A stretch of 64,000 nucleotides of DNA from Nitrospirota bacterium (GTDB lineage Bacteria; Nitrospirota; UBA9217): NCBI GenBank assembly GCA_035623825.1, contig DASPSR010000042.1, forward strand, positions 11,669-75,668, written 5' to 3'. The first letter of the stretch is position 1. Each line of letters begins with the position of its first letter. The notes beneath the pieces were generated by a model that made no database searches, was not told where the DNA came from, and saw only the letters and a list, made by a program, of their open reading frames with translations. Below are positions 20,747 through 29,416 of the stretch, piece by piece. Both the position numbers and the translations under genes were made by a program.

Positions 20747-21534
20747 GAGTAGGATTTATTTTTCATCAACTCATCAAGCGAGGCCTTGATCGCCCTTGCT
20801 TCTTCTACTGCGCGGGGCGAGGCGTCATATGCGGATTTGCCTTCCACGTCCGCTCTGACCGTATCGTTGCTGTAACTCATAAACCCAAGGACTTTCATGC
20901 CCTGAAGGTGCTGCCTGAGAAAGTCTTTGTCCGCTTCCTGCTTGATTTTGTTGCCGACGACGAAAACATCCTTGATCCCGAGGCCATGTGCCAGGCCTTC
21001 CACGTGCCGAGCGGTCTGAAGGCTCCGTTGGCCCGGTTCAACGACTACAATGAACGCATTCACGCCGCTGGCAGTGCCCCGCGTCAGGTGCTCAATGCCT
21101 GCCTCCATATCGAGGATGACCACCTCGTTCAGTTTGAGGATGAGATGGCTGATCAGGCGGCGCAGGAGCACATTCTCGGGGCAGTAACAGCCGGAACCCG
21201 CCTCCTTGGACTTCCCCACGACCAGCAGGCGGACTCCTTCATGCTGTACGCTATAAGCATCTGGGATGTCGTCTACTTTGGGGTTGATTCTGAACATTCC
21301 ACCCGGTGCACCGGGTCTCGAGCCGGTACGCTCCTCAATCAGGTCTGCCTGTTCGGCAAGCGGCAGAGCGCGGGAGGCCATTTCGGGTGATATGCCGAGC
21401 GCTGAAGCAAGATTCGCATCTGGATCAGCGTCAACGGCCAGTACTTTCATGCCCTCCGAGGCATAAAGGCGAGCTAAAAGGCCGGCCAGCGTGGTTTTTC
21501 CCACGCCGCCCTTGCCTGTAATAGCGATTTTCAA
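20743..21534 (-). CDS. Second CooC/AcsF-family nickel-insertion ATPase, TTG start
   Basis: LKIAITGKGGVGKTT Walker A. TTG at 21532-21534 with AGGAGA 7 nt upstream. The tracked ORF extends to 21768 without any domain. A 4-bp overlap (ATGA) joins it to the MTHFS gene. Confidence 0.75.
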   Translation of the reverse strand: MKIAITGKGGVGKTTLAGLLARLYASEGMKVLAVDADPDANLASALGISPEMASRALPLAEQADLIEERTGSRPGAPGGMFRINPKVDDIPDAYSVQHEGVRLLVVGKSKEAGSGCYCPENVLLRRLISHLILKLNEVVILDMEAGIEHLTRGTASGVNAFIVVVEPGQRSLQTARHVEGLAHGLGIKDVFVVGNKIKQEADKDFLRQHLQGMKVLGFMSYSNDTVRADVEGKSAYDASPRAVEEARAIKASLDELMKNKSYS

Positions 21535-21638
21535 GCAAAATCTCCTGGAAAATAGTAGGACAAAATAACATCTATCAAGCGAGGGTGTCAAGGGTTTTTT
21601 GCTGCTGTGCCAGAAGAGACAAATCGTAATCTCTCCCG

Positions 21639-21691
21639 GCAGGCATGGGGAAGGAGGCTGGGATTTACGGAGGGAAATGCCTGCCTTTTTT
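21639..21691 (+). terminator. Plus-strand intrinsic-terminator-like hairpin (9-bp stem GGCAGGCAT/ATGCCTGCC, 29-nt purine-rich loop, then TTTTTT) in the leader region of the minus-strand cooC2 operon
   Basis: The stem and U-run were read directly from the sequence. There is no plus-strand CDS upstream. Confidence 0.4.
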
Positions 21692-22126
21692 ACCATGTTC
21701 ACTGTAATGCTAAAGTACTGAGCGCGTTTGCTGGTAGAATATGTCCGATTATACTGAGAAAAAACCACAGATGCTTTTTCTCTTTCTTGTAATATCCATT
21801 CTCCTTCCTGTCACTTGACGGCAATCTCTTCCGGTGGAAGCATGGACGGCAGGATTGGCGGACCCGGTGTTCCCGATCTGCTCAAAACTTCCCGCGCAGT
21901 TTCCGTGCATCCTGAAATACCTCCCTGCAATTCATTCCCTTTTGGCGGCCTTCCTGAAGCGTTCAATGCATTCACGTCGGCATAGTCCGTATGACCATGC
22001 CACGGAAGCCCAAGTCCTGTCACAACTATAGAAAAGAAAAGTTGCTTTCCAATCCAAAGACAAGCAATGTTGCTTTTCCTCACAAAAGGTGTTAATGTTT
22101 TATGAAAGATTTTTTATATCTAACGG

Positions 22127-23227
22127 ATGATCCCTTCGAAGTCAAACATAAAGAGCTTTACTCCCGATGAACTTGCATTACGCTTGGTCGCAATGGGCCT
22201 CAAGAAGTACCGCGCAGCGCAAATATGCGAGTGGATATACCGCAATCAAGCGACTTCGTTCGAGGAGATGACAAATATCGCGAATGCAGAGCGCGGTTTG
22301 CTCGCGACCACCTTTGTCATTTCGTCCCTCAATAAGCTTCATGAGGAGCGTGCTGCCGATGGTACGCGGAAGTTTCTGTTCGGGCTTGAGGACGCCCATA
22401 CCATCGAAAGTGTCCTCATCCCCGATGAAGACCGCTTGACACTCTGCATCTCGTCACAAGTGGGATGCGCACAGGCCTGCCGGTTCTGTCTGACCGGAAA
22501 AAGCGGATTCATGAGGGATCTCAGGGCCAATGAAATATCCGACCAAGTACTTGAGGTTTCGCGCATCCGGAGAAATGAGGGGGGACGAAGCATCACCAAC
22601 ATTGTGCTCATGGGCATGGGAGAACCGCTCGCGAACTTCGACGAAGTGATGCGAGCACTAAAAATTATTACCTGGGACCGGGGGCTTGGTTTTTCACCGC
22701 GCAAGGTGACGCTCTCCTCCGCTGGGCTTGTTCCGGAGATTGAACGACTTGGAAAAGCAGACGTTCGGATAAACCTTGCGATATCGCTGAACGCATCGAC
22801 GAACGAGGTGCGGAATAGAATTATGCCCATAAACCGACGGTATTCAATTGAAGAGCTTCTGTCTGCTTGTAAACGATTCCCTCTCGAGCCGAGAAGGAGA
22901 ATCACTTTTGAGTATGTGATGTTAAAAGATGTGAATGATACCCCGGATGATGCCGTGCGACTTGCAAAGCTGCTGAAGGGCATCAAATGCAAGGTAAACC
23001 TTATCCCGTTCAATCCATTTCCGGGGAGCGAGTTCGGCAGACCTGATGATGCAGCCGTCAAACGCTTCCAGAAAACACTGTTGGACCACCACTATACCGC
23101 TCCGGTGCGCGAGTCGCGCGGAAGGGACATCTCGGCGGCATGCGGACAGCTGAGGGAGAGGAAAACTGAAAATACCGTCTCTCCGCCTCTCGGAAGCGCG
23201 AATGTCAGAGTGTCGGAACGCATATGA
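22127..23227 (+). CDS. rlmN: 23S rRNA (adenine2503-C2)/tRNA methyltransferase, radical SAM
   Basis: CxxxCxxC radical-SAM motif CAQACRFC, and MGMGEPLANFD. 366 aa. Confidence 0.85.
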   Translation: MIPSKSNIKSFTPDELALRLVAMGLKKYRAAQICEWIYRNQATSFEEMTNIANAERGLLATTFVISSLNKLHEERAADGTRKFLFGLEDAHTIESVLIPDEDRLTLCISSQVGCAQACRFCLTGKSGFMRDLRANEISDQVLEVSRIRRNEGGRSITNIVLMGMGEPLANFDEVMRALKIITWDRGLGFSPRKVTLSSAGLVPEIERLGKADVRINLAISLNASTNEVRNRIMPINRRYSIEELLSACKRFPLEPRRRITFEYVMLKDVNDTPDDAVRLAKLLKGIKCKVNLIPFNPFPGSEFGRPDDAAVKRFQKTLLDHHYTAPVRESRGRDISAACGQLRERKTENTVSPPLGSANVRVSERI

Positions 23228-23242
23228 ACGATTCTCCTGCAG

Positions 23243-23280
23243 AATAAAAAAGGACGAGAACCCATGTTGTCTCTCGTCCT
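23243..23280 (-). terminator. Rho-independent terminator for the minus-strand chemosensory operon (AGGACGAGA-loop-TCTCGTCCT followed by UUUUUUAUUCU on the minus transcript). It also sits just after the rlmN stop.
   Basis: 9-bp perfect stem at 23251-23280 with an A-run at 23244-23250 on the plus strand, which is a U-run on the minus transcript. Confidence 0.6.
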
Positions 23281-23320
23281 TCACCGCTCATTACTCTTCT
23301 CTTCCCGCTTGTCTCGCCCG

Positions 23321-23701
23321 TTATCCTTTGTTTCCCAATATCTGATTGACAATGTTCAGGAGGTCGGCGGTCTGAATGGGCTTTGGGATGTAGGCGTTGG
23401 CGCCTAAAGCGAGACCGCGCTTGCGGTCTTCCTCGGCGCCTTCGGTCGTAATGATGATGATCGGGATGGATTTGTGTGCGGGGTCGTTTCGAACCATTGA
23501 CACGAGCTTTAAGCCGTCCATGATTGGCATGTTGATATCTGTCAGGATGATGTCGAACTTCTGGGTCGAAAGTTTTTTGAGCGCGTCGATTCCATCATTG
23601 GCTTCAACGATTTTGCTCCCCGGAATACGCTTGAGCGCAAAGGAGATTAGCTGCCTCATCGTCGGGGAATCTTCAACCACCAGAAAATTATGCTCGGGCA
23701 T
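23321..23701 (-). CDS. Single-domain CheY-like response regulator
   Basis: 126-aa REC domain containing DINMPIMDG. Confidence 0.85.
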   Translation of the reverse strand: MPEHNFLVVEDSPTMRQLISFALKRIPGSKIVEANDGIDALKKLSTQKFDIILTDINMPIMDGLKLVSMVRNDPAHKSIPIIIITTEGAEEDRKRGLALGANAYIPKPIQTADLLNIVNQILGNKG

Positions 23702-23713
23702 TTCCTACCTCCG

Positions 23714-24535
23714 TTATTTTTCTTTGAGCAGATCAAGAAAGCTCTGGATCGTGGTAAGCTTGCGCTCGGACTGAGAATAGAGTTTCGAAGAAAAGAGCGC
23801 CGTGGCGGCGTGTCCAGCAAGCATAGAGAACAGCTCATAGTCAACGTTCGAAAACTCGCTTTTCTGGACGAGGAGTTTGTAGATCACAATAGCCCCGATC
23901 ACGTGTTCCTTGATCTTGAGGGGGATGCAGACCAAGGGGTGAGTGTAGTCCACTCCCTTGAGATCTGTTGGATCTCCGTTCCGATAGTATGCCTCACCGC
24001 CTTTGACTGACTGCCCGATGACCCCATCCCCCAATTTGATACTTGATCGCGCCTCTGGTCCCATGCCTTCCTGGGCCACGATCGACAGCTCATTCGTCTT
24101 TTCATCGACGAGCATGATCGAGAACTCTTCCGCGCCAATCAGGTTCATGACGATCTCGAGGATGATCTTGAGCGATTCGTTGAAATCCAAGGTGGAATGG
24201 AGCTGGTAGCTCGCCACATAGAGGTTCGCGAGGTTATTGTTCTCTGCCTCCACCTCGACATATCGGTTGGCAAAATCCTTGTTCTCTTCTTCTACCTGGT
24301 GGTAACGGTCGAGAAGATTCTTGTTCTCCTCCTCAAGGAACTTCACCCTTTCTTCGAGGCCATGAAATTTGAAGTTCTCTTCCCTGCCTGAGAACTTGGC
24401 GACTTCTTCGAGTTGCGCGACCTTGTACCTGAGCTTTTCGTTCTCCTTCAGCAGTTCCTGAGTGAACTCTTCGCCCTTCCTGAAGACCTGGAGAAACTCT
24501 TCAACTTTTTTCGTGATCCCTATTTCCTTTTCCAT
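23714..24535 (-). CDS. Coiled-coil plus GAF domain protein
   Basis: The N-terminus has heptad repeats rich in E/K/L. The C-terminal half is GAF-like. ATG at 24533-24535 with a GAGGAGGG Shine-Dalgarno. Confidence 0.6.
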   Translation of the reverse strand: MEKEIGITKKVEEFLQVFRKGEEFTQELLKENEKLRYKVAQLEEVAKFSGREENFKFHGLEERVKFLEEENKNLLDRYHQVEEENKDFANRYVEVEAENNNLANLYVASYQLHSTLDFNESLKIILEIVMNLIGAEEFSIMLVDEKTNELSIVAQEGMGPEARSSIKLGDGVIGQSVKGGEAYYRNGDPTDLKGVDYTHPLVCIPLKIKEHVIGAIVIYKLLVQKSEFSNVDYELFSMLAGHAATALFSSKLYSQSERKLTTIQSFLDLLKEK

Positions 24536-24729
24536 CAAACCCTCCTCGCATTTGCCGGGGTTACTGTCCCGCTCACACCGCATCTATCCGGAACGAAGAG
24601 AAAACTTCTCGTGCAACTGCATCCGTAGCTTGTTGCACCGACAGCGGAATAGGACAAGCCCTCATCTGCAAAAGAACCAGATAAGTTTTTTTATTATAGT
24701 CAAGTCCGCTGAAATTATCAAGGTCGATT

Positions 24730-25821
24730 TCACGATACAGAGCTCCCGCCGTCGCTTCTGCCCCAGCGGCATCGTTCGATTATTTCTTCCGCCATCCTGC
24801 TGAGCGGCAGTACCTTGTCCACAGCGCCGGTGCGGATTGCCTCCCGCGGCATGCCGAAAATGACCGCGCTTTCTTCGCTCTCGGCGAGGCACTGCCCTCT
24901 TTTACGTTTAATCGCATTAACTCCCTCGACGCCGTCTCTTCCCATCCCGGTAAGCACTACGCCGAGGGCAGCTGGGCCGCAGGCATCTGCGATGGAAACC
25001 ATCATGCGATCCGCAGACGGCACATACTTGTCCTCCGGGCTCCGGGCAACGAGCTCCGCAATGAACCCCGTGCGGTCTTTTTTTACAATCAGATGGTGGC
25101 CCCCGGGCGCTATGAGCACGGTTCCCGGACCGATGCGGTCGCCTGCTGAAGCCTCGCTCACCACAAGGGATGTCAGCTTGTTCAACCGCTCCGCGAAGCT
25201 CTTCGTAAAACCCGGAGGCATGTGCTGCGAAATCATAATGGCTGCGCCAAAGTCAGGTGGCAATGAGGTGAGAATTGCCTGAATCGCGGGCGGTCCTCCC
25301 GTAGACGACGCGATGGCCACCATTTCGATGGGGCTTCTCTCGACGCGCTCATCATCTTCTTTCCGCGCCGGAAAGGTAACTCGTTCCCGGGAAATGAGCG
25401 CGATCGTCGACTTGACCTTGTCCATCTCCAGGTTCAGGACGGCGTGAACCTTGGACACAAGCTCGTCCCGGATACTCTCGATACTCTTCGAGATCCGTGC
25501 CTCGGGCTTGGCAAGAAAATCCACAGCGCCAAGTTCCATGGCGCGGAAGACGCTGCGGCTGTCAGAGCGAGAGGAGAGCACGAGCACAGGCGTCGGGCAT
25601 TCCTTCATGAGCCACCGCAGGAAGGTAAACCCGTCCATGTTCGGCATTTCAAGATCAAGGGTAATCACGTCCGGCTGGAGCCGAAGCGTCTTCGCAATGG
25701 CATCCACTCCGTCATTTGCGCTCCCGATGACCTCAATCTCTTCATCGCTTGTGAGCATTCGGGTGATGACCGTTCGGTTGTATGCGGAATCGTCTACCAC
25801 CAGGGCCTTGATCTTGTCCAT
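24730..25821 (-). CDS. cheB: Chemotaxis response regulator protein-glutamate methylesterase
   Basis: REC domain followed by the CheB methylesterase domain (ASSTGGPPAIQ, GMGRDG). Confidence 0.9.
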   Translation of the reverse strand: MDKIKALVVDDSAYNRTVITRMLTSDEEIEVIGSANDGVDAIAKTLRLQPDVITLDLEMPNMDGFTFLRWLMKECPTPVLVLSSRSDSRSVFRAMELGAVDFLAKPEARISKSIESIRDELVSKVHAVLNLEMDKVKSTIALISRERVTFPARKEDDERVERSPIEMVAIASSTGGPPAIQAILTSLPPDFGAAIMISQHMPPGFTKSFAERLNKLTSLVVSEASAGDRIGPGTVLIAPGGHHLIVKKDRTGFIAELVARSPEDKYVPSADRMMVSIADACGPAALGVVLTGMGRDGVEGVNAIKRKRGQCLAESEESAVIFGMPREAIRTGAVDKVLPLSRMAEEIIERCRWGRSDGGSSVS

Positions 25822-25944
25822 TAAAGACTCTCCGTGATGAAGCTCGAATCATGAACGAACATCATATGAACGTCAAGTGCCGAGCACAAAGCTCCAAGCG
25901 TCCTGAAATGCGCGCCCTTGAGCTTGTGATTTATTGCAGATTCA

Positions 25945-26823
25945 CTATTTGAAACTTGGGATTCCAATTTTCGTCCTCACAGGCTTCTCGTACACCATAT
26001 CGTTCTTAAGCGTGCGCAGCGCAAAGGCGTTCGAGATATTAATCAGGGATTCCGAGTGCCCCAAGAGGAGATACCCGCCCTCACGGAGCTTTTCGTAAAA
26101 ACTCTCGATCACCTTTTTCTTCGCCTCCTTGTCGAAATAGATGATGACGTTCCGACAGAAGATGACATCCATGTTACTAATCAGGCTGGTTTTATGCGGG
26201 TCAAGAAGGTTCAGGTAGCTGAACGAAACGAGCTCGCGCACCCGGTCGGCGATGCGGTAATTCCCTTTTTCCTCTTCAATGAAGTATTTCGCCAGCATCT
26301 CCGGGCTTGTCACCCGGTGCGCGCTTTTTTTATAGACTCCCTTGCGTGCGGTATGTAGAACCCTCTGGTTGATGTCGCTTCCCAGGATCTCCACACGCCA
26401 GTCGCGCCACCAGTCCCCGGACTCGAACAGGAGGATAGCGATGGTATAAGGCTCCTCCCCGGTGGAGCATCCGGCGCTCCATATCCGAAGAACCTTGCGA
26501 TCAGCAAGTGTCTCACGTAAGTCGGGCAAGATTTCCTCGGAAAAGGCGCGGAGCTGCGGGCCCTCGCGGAAAAAATAGGTCTCATTCGTGGTGAGGTTGT
26601 CCACGAGAATGGCGAGTTCCTCTTCCCTCTTCCGGTCATAGCGGAGAAAATGGTAATACTCTTCGAAGCTCTTGAGCTGACGCTGCTCGAGCCGGCGCGT
26701 GAGCCTGCGCTCCAGCAGGAACTTGGAGCCGTCGTCAAAGTAAATGCCGCAGTATCCGTGGATGAACTCCCGGAGAAGCCTGAAGATGTCGTCAGGCAGC
26801 GGAATTGTCATTTCTTCTAGCAT
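25945..26823 (-). CDS. cheR: Chemotaxis protein methyltransferase
   Basis: CheR N-terminal helical domain plus SAM-binding methyltransferase (VLRIWSAGCSTGEEPYTIAILL). Confidence 0.9.
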   Translation of the reverse strand: MLEEMTIPLPDDIFRLLREFIHGYCGIYFDDGSKFLLERRLTRRLEQRQLKSFEEYYHFLRYDRKREEELAILVDNLTTNETYFFREGPQLRAFSEEILPDLRETLADRKVLRIWSAGCSTGEEPYTIAILLFESGDWWRDWRVEILGSDINQRVLHTARKGVYKKSAHRVTSPEMLAKYFIEEEKGNYRIADRVRELVSFSYLNLLDPHKTSLISNMDVIFCRNVIIYFDKEAKKKVIESFYEKLREGGYLLLGHSESLINISNAFALRTLKNDMVYEKPVRTKIGIPSFK

Positions 26824-28818
26824 TTATCTCCTCAACGCATCCTTCGCGGCCTGTCGAACGGCCGTATCCGGATCTCCGTCGGCAATTCGCTCCAGCACAG
26901 GTTCGGCCGATGTGTCCTTTTTCTGCTTAACGATCTCTATCGCTGCCTTTCTCACGCTCCAGTGAGGATCGGACAATCGAGAAAAGATGATTTGCCGGAC
27001 AGAGGCCCAATGATAACCGGAAAGAGCCACGAGCACCGTTTTGCGCACCTCAGGATCGGCGTGGCTAGCGAGCCTGAGGAGCGGATCCAGCGCGAGCTCC
27101 GTTCTAAGCTTTCCCACGACATCCACGAGGGCAAGAAGAAAAATGTCCGTCGCTGTATCCAGATGCACCGCAAGAACCTCTCCGGCCTTCTCGCCGCCGA
27201 ACCTTCCCAGACCGCGTGCGGCAGCTGCCCGCACCCAGAGGTCGTCGTCCTCAAGGAGCGGGATGAGGATATCGGGAACTTCGGGGGCACTTGTATTGCC
27301 GAGCGCATCAGCGGCCATCATCCTGACCTCAGGGTCGTCATCGGTAACGGCGTGTATCAATGAACGTAGGGCCTTATCTCCCGAAATGTTGCCGAGAGCA
27401 CGGACAACGGCCTTTCTTACATCTGGCTCCTCGTCCTTGAGCGCAAAGGCAAGAGCATCGGCTGCCTTGTCGGTCGTGAATCTGCCGAGCAGGAGCGCGA
27501 TGTTCCTGCGCATGGGTGCGTCCCGAGACGTAAAGTCCTTTACAAGGTCATCGAGGGCGGACTCGTCGCCGATCTCCGCCAGTGCTCGTATTGCCGATTC
27601 CTGAACGCTCGGATATTCGTCTGTGAGCACATCAAGGAGTGGTTTGACGGCTTTCCGGCTCCTCAAGCGCCCGAGCGCCTCCGCTGCCGCGCTACGCACA
27701 TGACCGTTCTCGTCCATCAGTAGACCGATAAGGGGATCTTCAATATCCCGGCCCCCGGCGTCGCCGAGCACCCTCGCCACCGTCCTTCTCACGAGCGCAT
27801 TATCGTCGGAGAGATAACCCAGCAGAAAAGGCACACGGTCTCCGTCTATGTTCCTAAGCGCTTGTGCTATCGGTTCTTCCATGTCCTCATCTTTCAGAAG
27901 TGCAAGCAGTTTTTTGATGGAGGTCTCCCTCCCGGCCCACCCGAGCACCGCGACGGCCGACTTCTGGAGCTCTCCTGTGCTCGTGATGAGCATCTCTTCC
28001 AGAAGGTCTACTGCCCGGTCGTTCATGTTGGCACGAATAGTCCTTATCATGCGTTCCCGATCATCATGCGTGCTCTTTCGGTATATCGCAGTCAGTGCTA
28101 CCATAGCGACCTCGCGCACGATTCTAAGCGTATCGGCAAGGCCCGCGATGAGCGGCATAAGCGTATTGACATTACCAATCTTGCCGATTGATTCGATTAC
28201 CGGCTCTCTCAGGCTGCCCCGGCAGAGAGCTGCTATGAGCGGTCCGAGGGCTCGGTCGTCACCGATTTCTCCCAGAGCCTCGGCAGCGGCATAGTTAAGC
28301 CAGCTCTGGTGGTCTCGAGTCAGACAGGCAAGCAGCGGTTCGACTGCGCGGCGGTCCTTTATCTTGCCAAGCGCTTCGGCTGATGCCACACAGATATTAT
28401 CATCGGGGTCCTTTGCCAGTACCCCGATCAGGGCGGGTACGGCCCTTGAATCCCTGATATCTCCGAGGATGTCGACAATAAATTTGCGAACATCTGCATC
28501 CGGCGTTTCAAGGGATATAAGCAGGGCATCGACAGCTGGGGTGCCGATCTTGACCAGAGCTTCAATCGCCGAGTTCCGCGAACCGGCGTTGTCATCGGCG
28601 GAGAGGGACCGGATGAGCCCCTCGATGACATCATTGCTGCCGATTGCCACTAGTGCCTCGACTGCCGTCTTCCGGACTCGCCAGTCAGTATCACCCATGG
28701 CACTGAAGAGCAGGGGCACGGCATTCCGGCCTACGCGGCTAAGATCGACAGCCGCCTCCCGTCGCTCCTCCGCATCGCTATCCTGCAGTTTCTTCCTTAA
28801 AAATTCAAGATTCGGCAT
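26824..28818 (-). CDS. HEAT-repeat (PBS-lyase HEAT-like) protein, 664 aa
   Basis: Roughly 20 tandem ~30-aa repeats of the form VRxxAxxALGxIGdxxAvxxLixxL. Its stop abuts the cheR start, and its start overlaps cheW by 14 nt. Confidence 0.8.
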   Translation of the reverse strand: MPNLEFLRKKLQDSDAEERREAAVDLSRVGRNAVPLLFSAMGDTDWRVRKTAVEALVAIGSNDVIEGLIRSLSADDNAGSRNSAIEALVKIGTPAVDALLISLETPDADVRKFIVDILGDIRDSRAVPALIGVLAKDPDDNICVASAEALGKIKDRRAVEPLLACLTRDHQSWLNYAAAEALGEIGDDRALGPLIAALCRGSLREPVIESIGKIGNVNTLMPLIAGLADTLRIVREVAMVALTAIYRKSTHDDRERMIRTIRANMNDRAVDLLEEMLITSTGELQKSAVAVLGWAGRETSIKKLLALLKDEDMEEPIAQALRNIDGDRVPFLLGYLSDDNALVRRTVARVLGDAGGRDIEDPLIGLLMDENGHVRSAAAEALGRLRSRKAVKPLLDVLTDEYPSVQESAIRALAEIGDESALDDLVKDFTSRDAPMRRNIALLLGRFTTDKAADALAFALKDEEPDVRKAVVRALGNISGDKALRSLIHAVTDDDPEVRMMAADALGNTSAPEVPDILIPLLEDDDLWVRAAAARGLGRFGGEKAGEVLAVHLDTATDIFLLALVDVVGKLRTELALDPLLRLASHADPEVRKTVLVALSGYHWASVRQIIFSRLSDPHWSVRKAAIEIVKQKKDTSAEPVLERIADGDPDTAVRQAAKDALRR

Positions 28819-29332
28819 TGCCCGCCTCCGCCAGCGCTGAGCGCTCCTGCTGGCTTAAGATCTTGGTTATGTCAAGAAGAATTATAAGCCCGTCGGCCAC
28901 TTTCCCCATGCCGGTGATGAAATCGCCGCTCGCTCCCGTGGCCACTTCCGGCGCAGGTTCGATATCTTTTTTTGGAACATGGAGCACTTCGTTCACACCA
29001 TCCACGACCAGACCGATCAGACCTCTCCCGGTGCCATTAGCACCTTGGAGGGCGCCCCGCATGATCATCATGCGCATCTTCCGTGGATTGTCGTGAATCG
29101 TTGCCAGTGCAAAGCGCTTGCGCAAGTCAATGATAGGGATGATGGCTCCGCGCAAATTGATCACACCTTCTATAAACTTCGGCATCCGCGGAAGTGGTGT
29201 GATTCTGTGCGGGCGAACGATCTCGGTGATCGAATTGATCTCCAGCCCGTACACCTCCGGCCCTATGTGGAATGTAACGAGTTGAAGGGTTTCATCCGCA
29301 ACAACCGCCTGTTTTGCTTTCTTGTCGTTCAT
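28805..29332 (-). CDS. cheW: Chemotaxis coupling protein CheW
   Basis: 175-aa CheW domain (LVTFHIGPEVYGLEINSITEIV...INLRGAIIPIIDLR). Confidence 0.9.
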   Translation of the reverse strand: MNDKKAKQAVVADETLQLVTFHIGPEVYGLEINSITEIVRPHRITPLPRMPKFIEGVINLRGAIIPIIDLRKRFALATIHDNPRKMRMMIMRGALQGANGTGRGLIGLVVDGVNEVLHVPKKDIEPAPEVATGASGDFITGMGKVADGLIILLDITKILSQQERSALAEAGNAES

Positions 29333-29416
29333 ATTAAAAGTCTCTCACAATCAACGATAGATGCAAAAAACAATAACGGCTAACAGCAGTCAATATATAT
29401 CCTTCATCTCCCCGTC

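Noticed and set aside
21535-21768. 78-codon upstream extension of the second cooC ORF
   Set aside because: The family sequence starts at LKIAITGKGG. A TTG start with an AGGAGA Shine-Dalgarno sits at 21534. The extension is probably untranslated leader.
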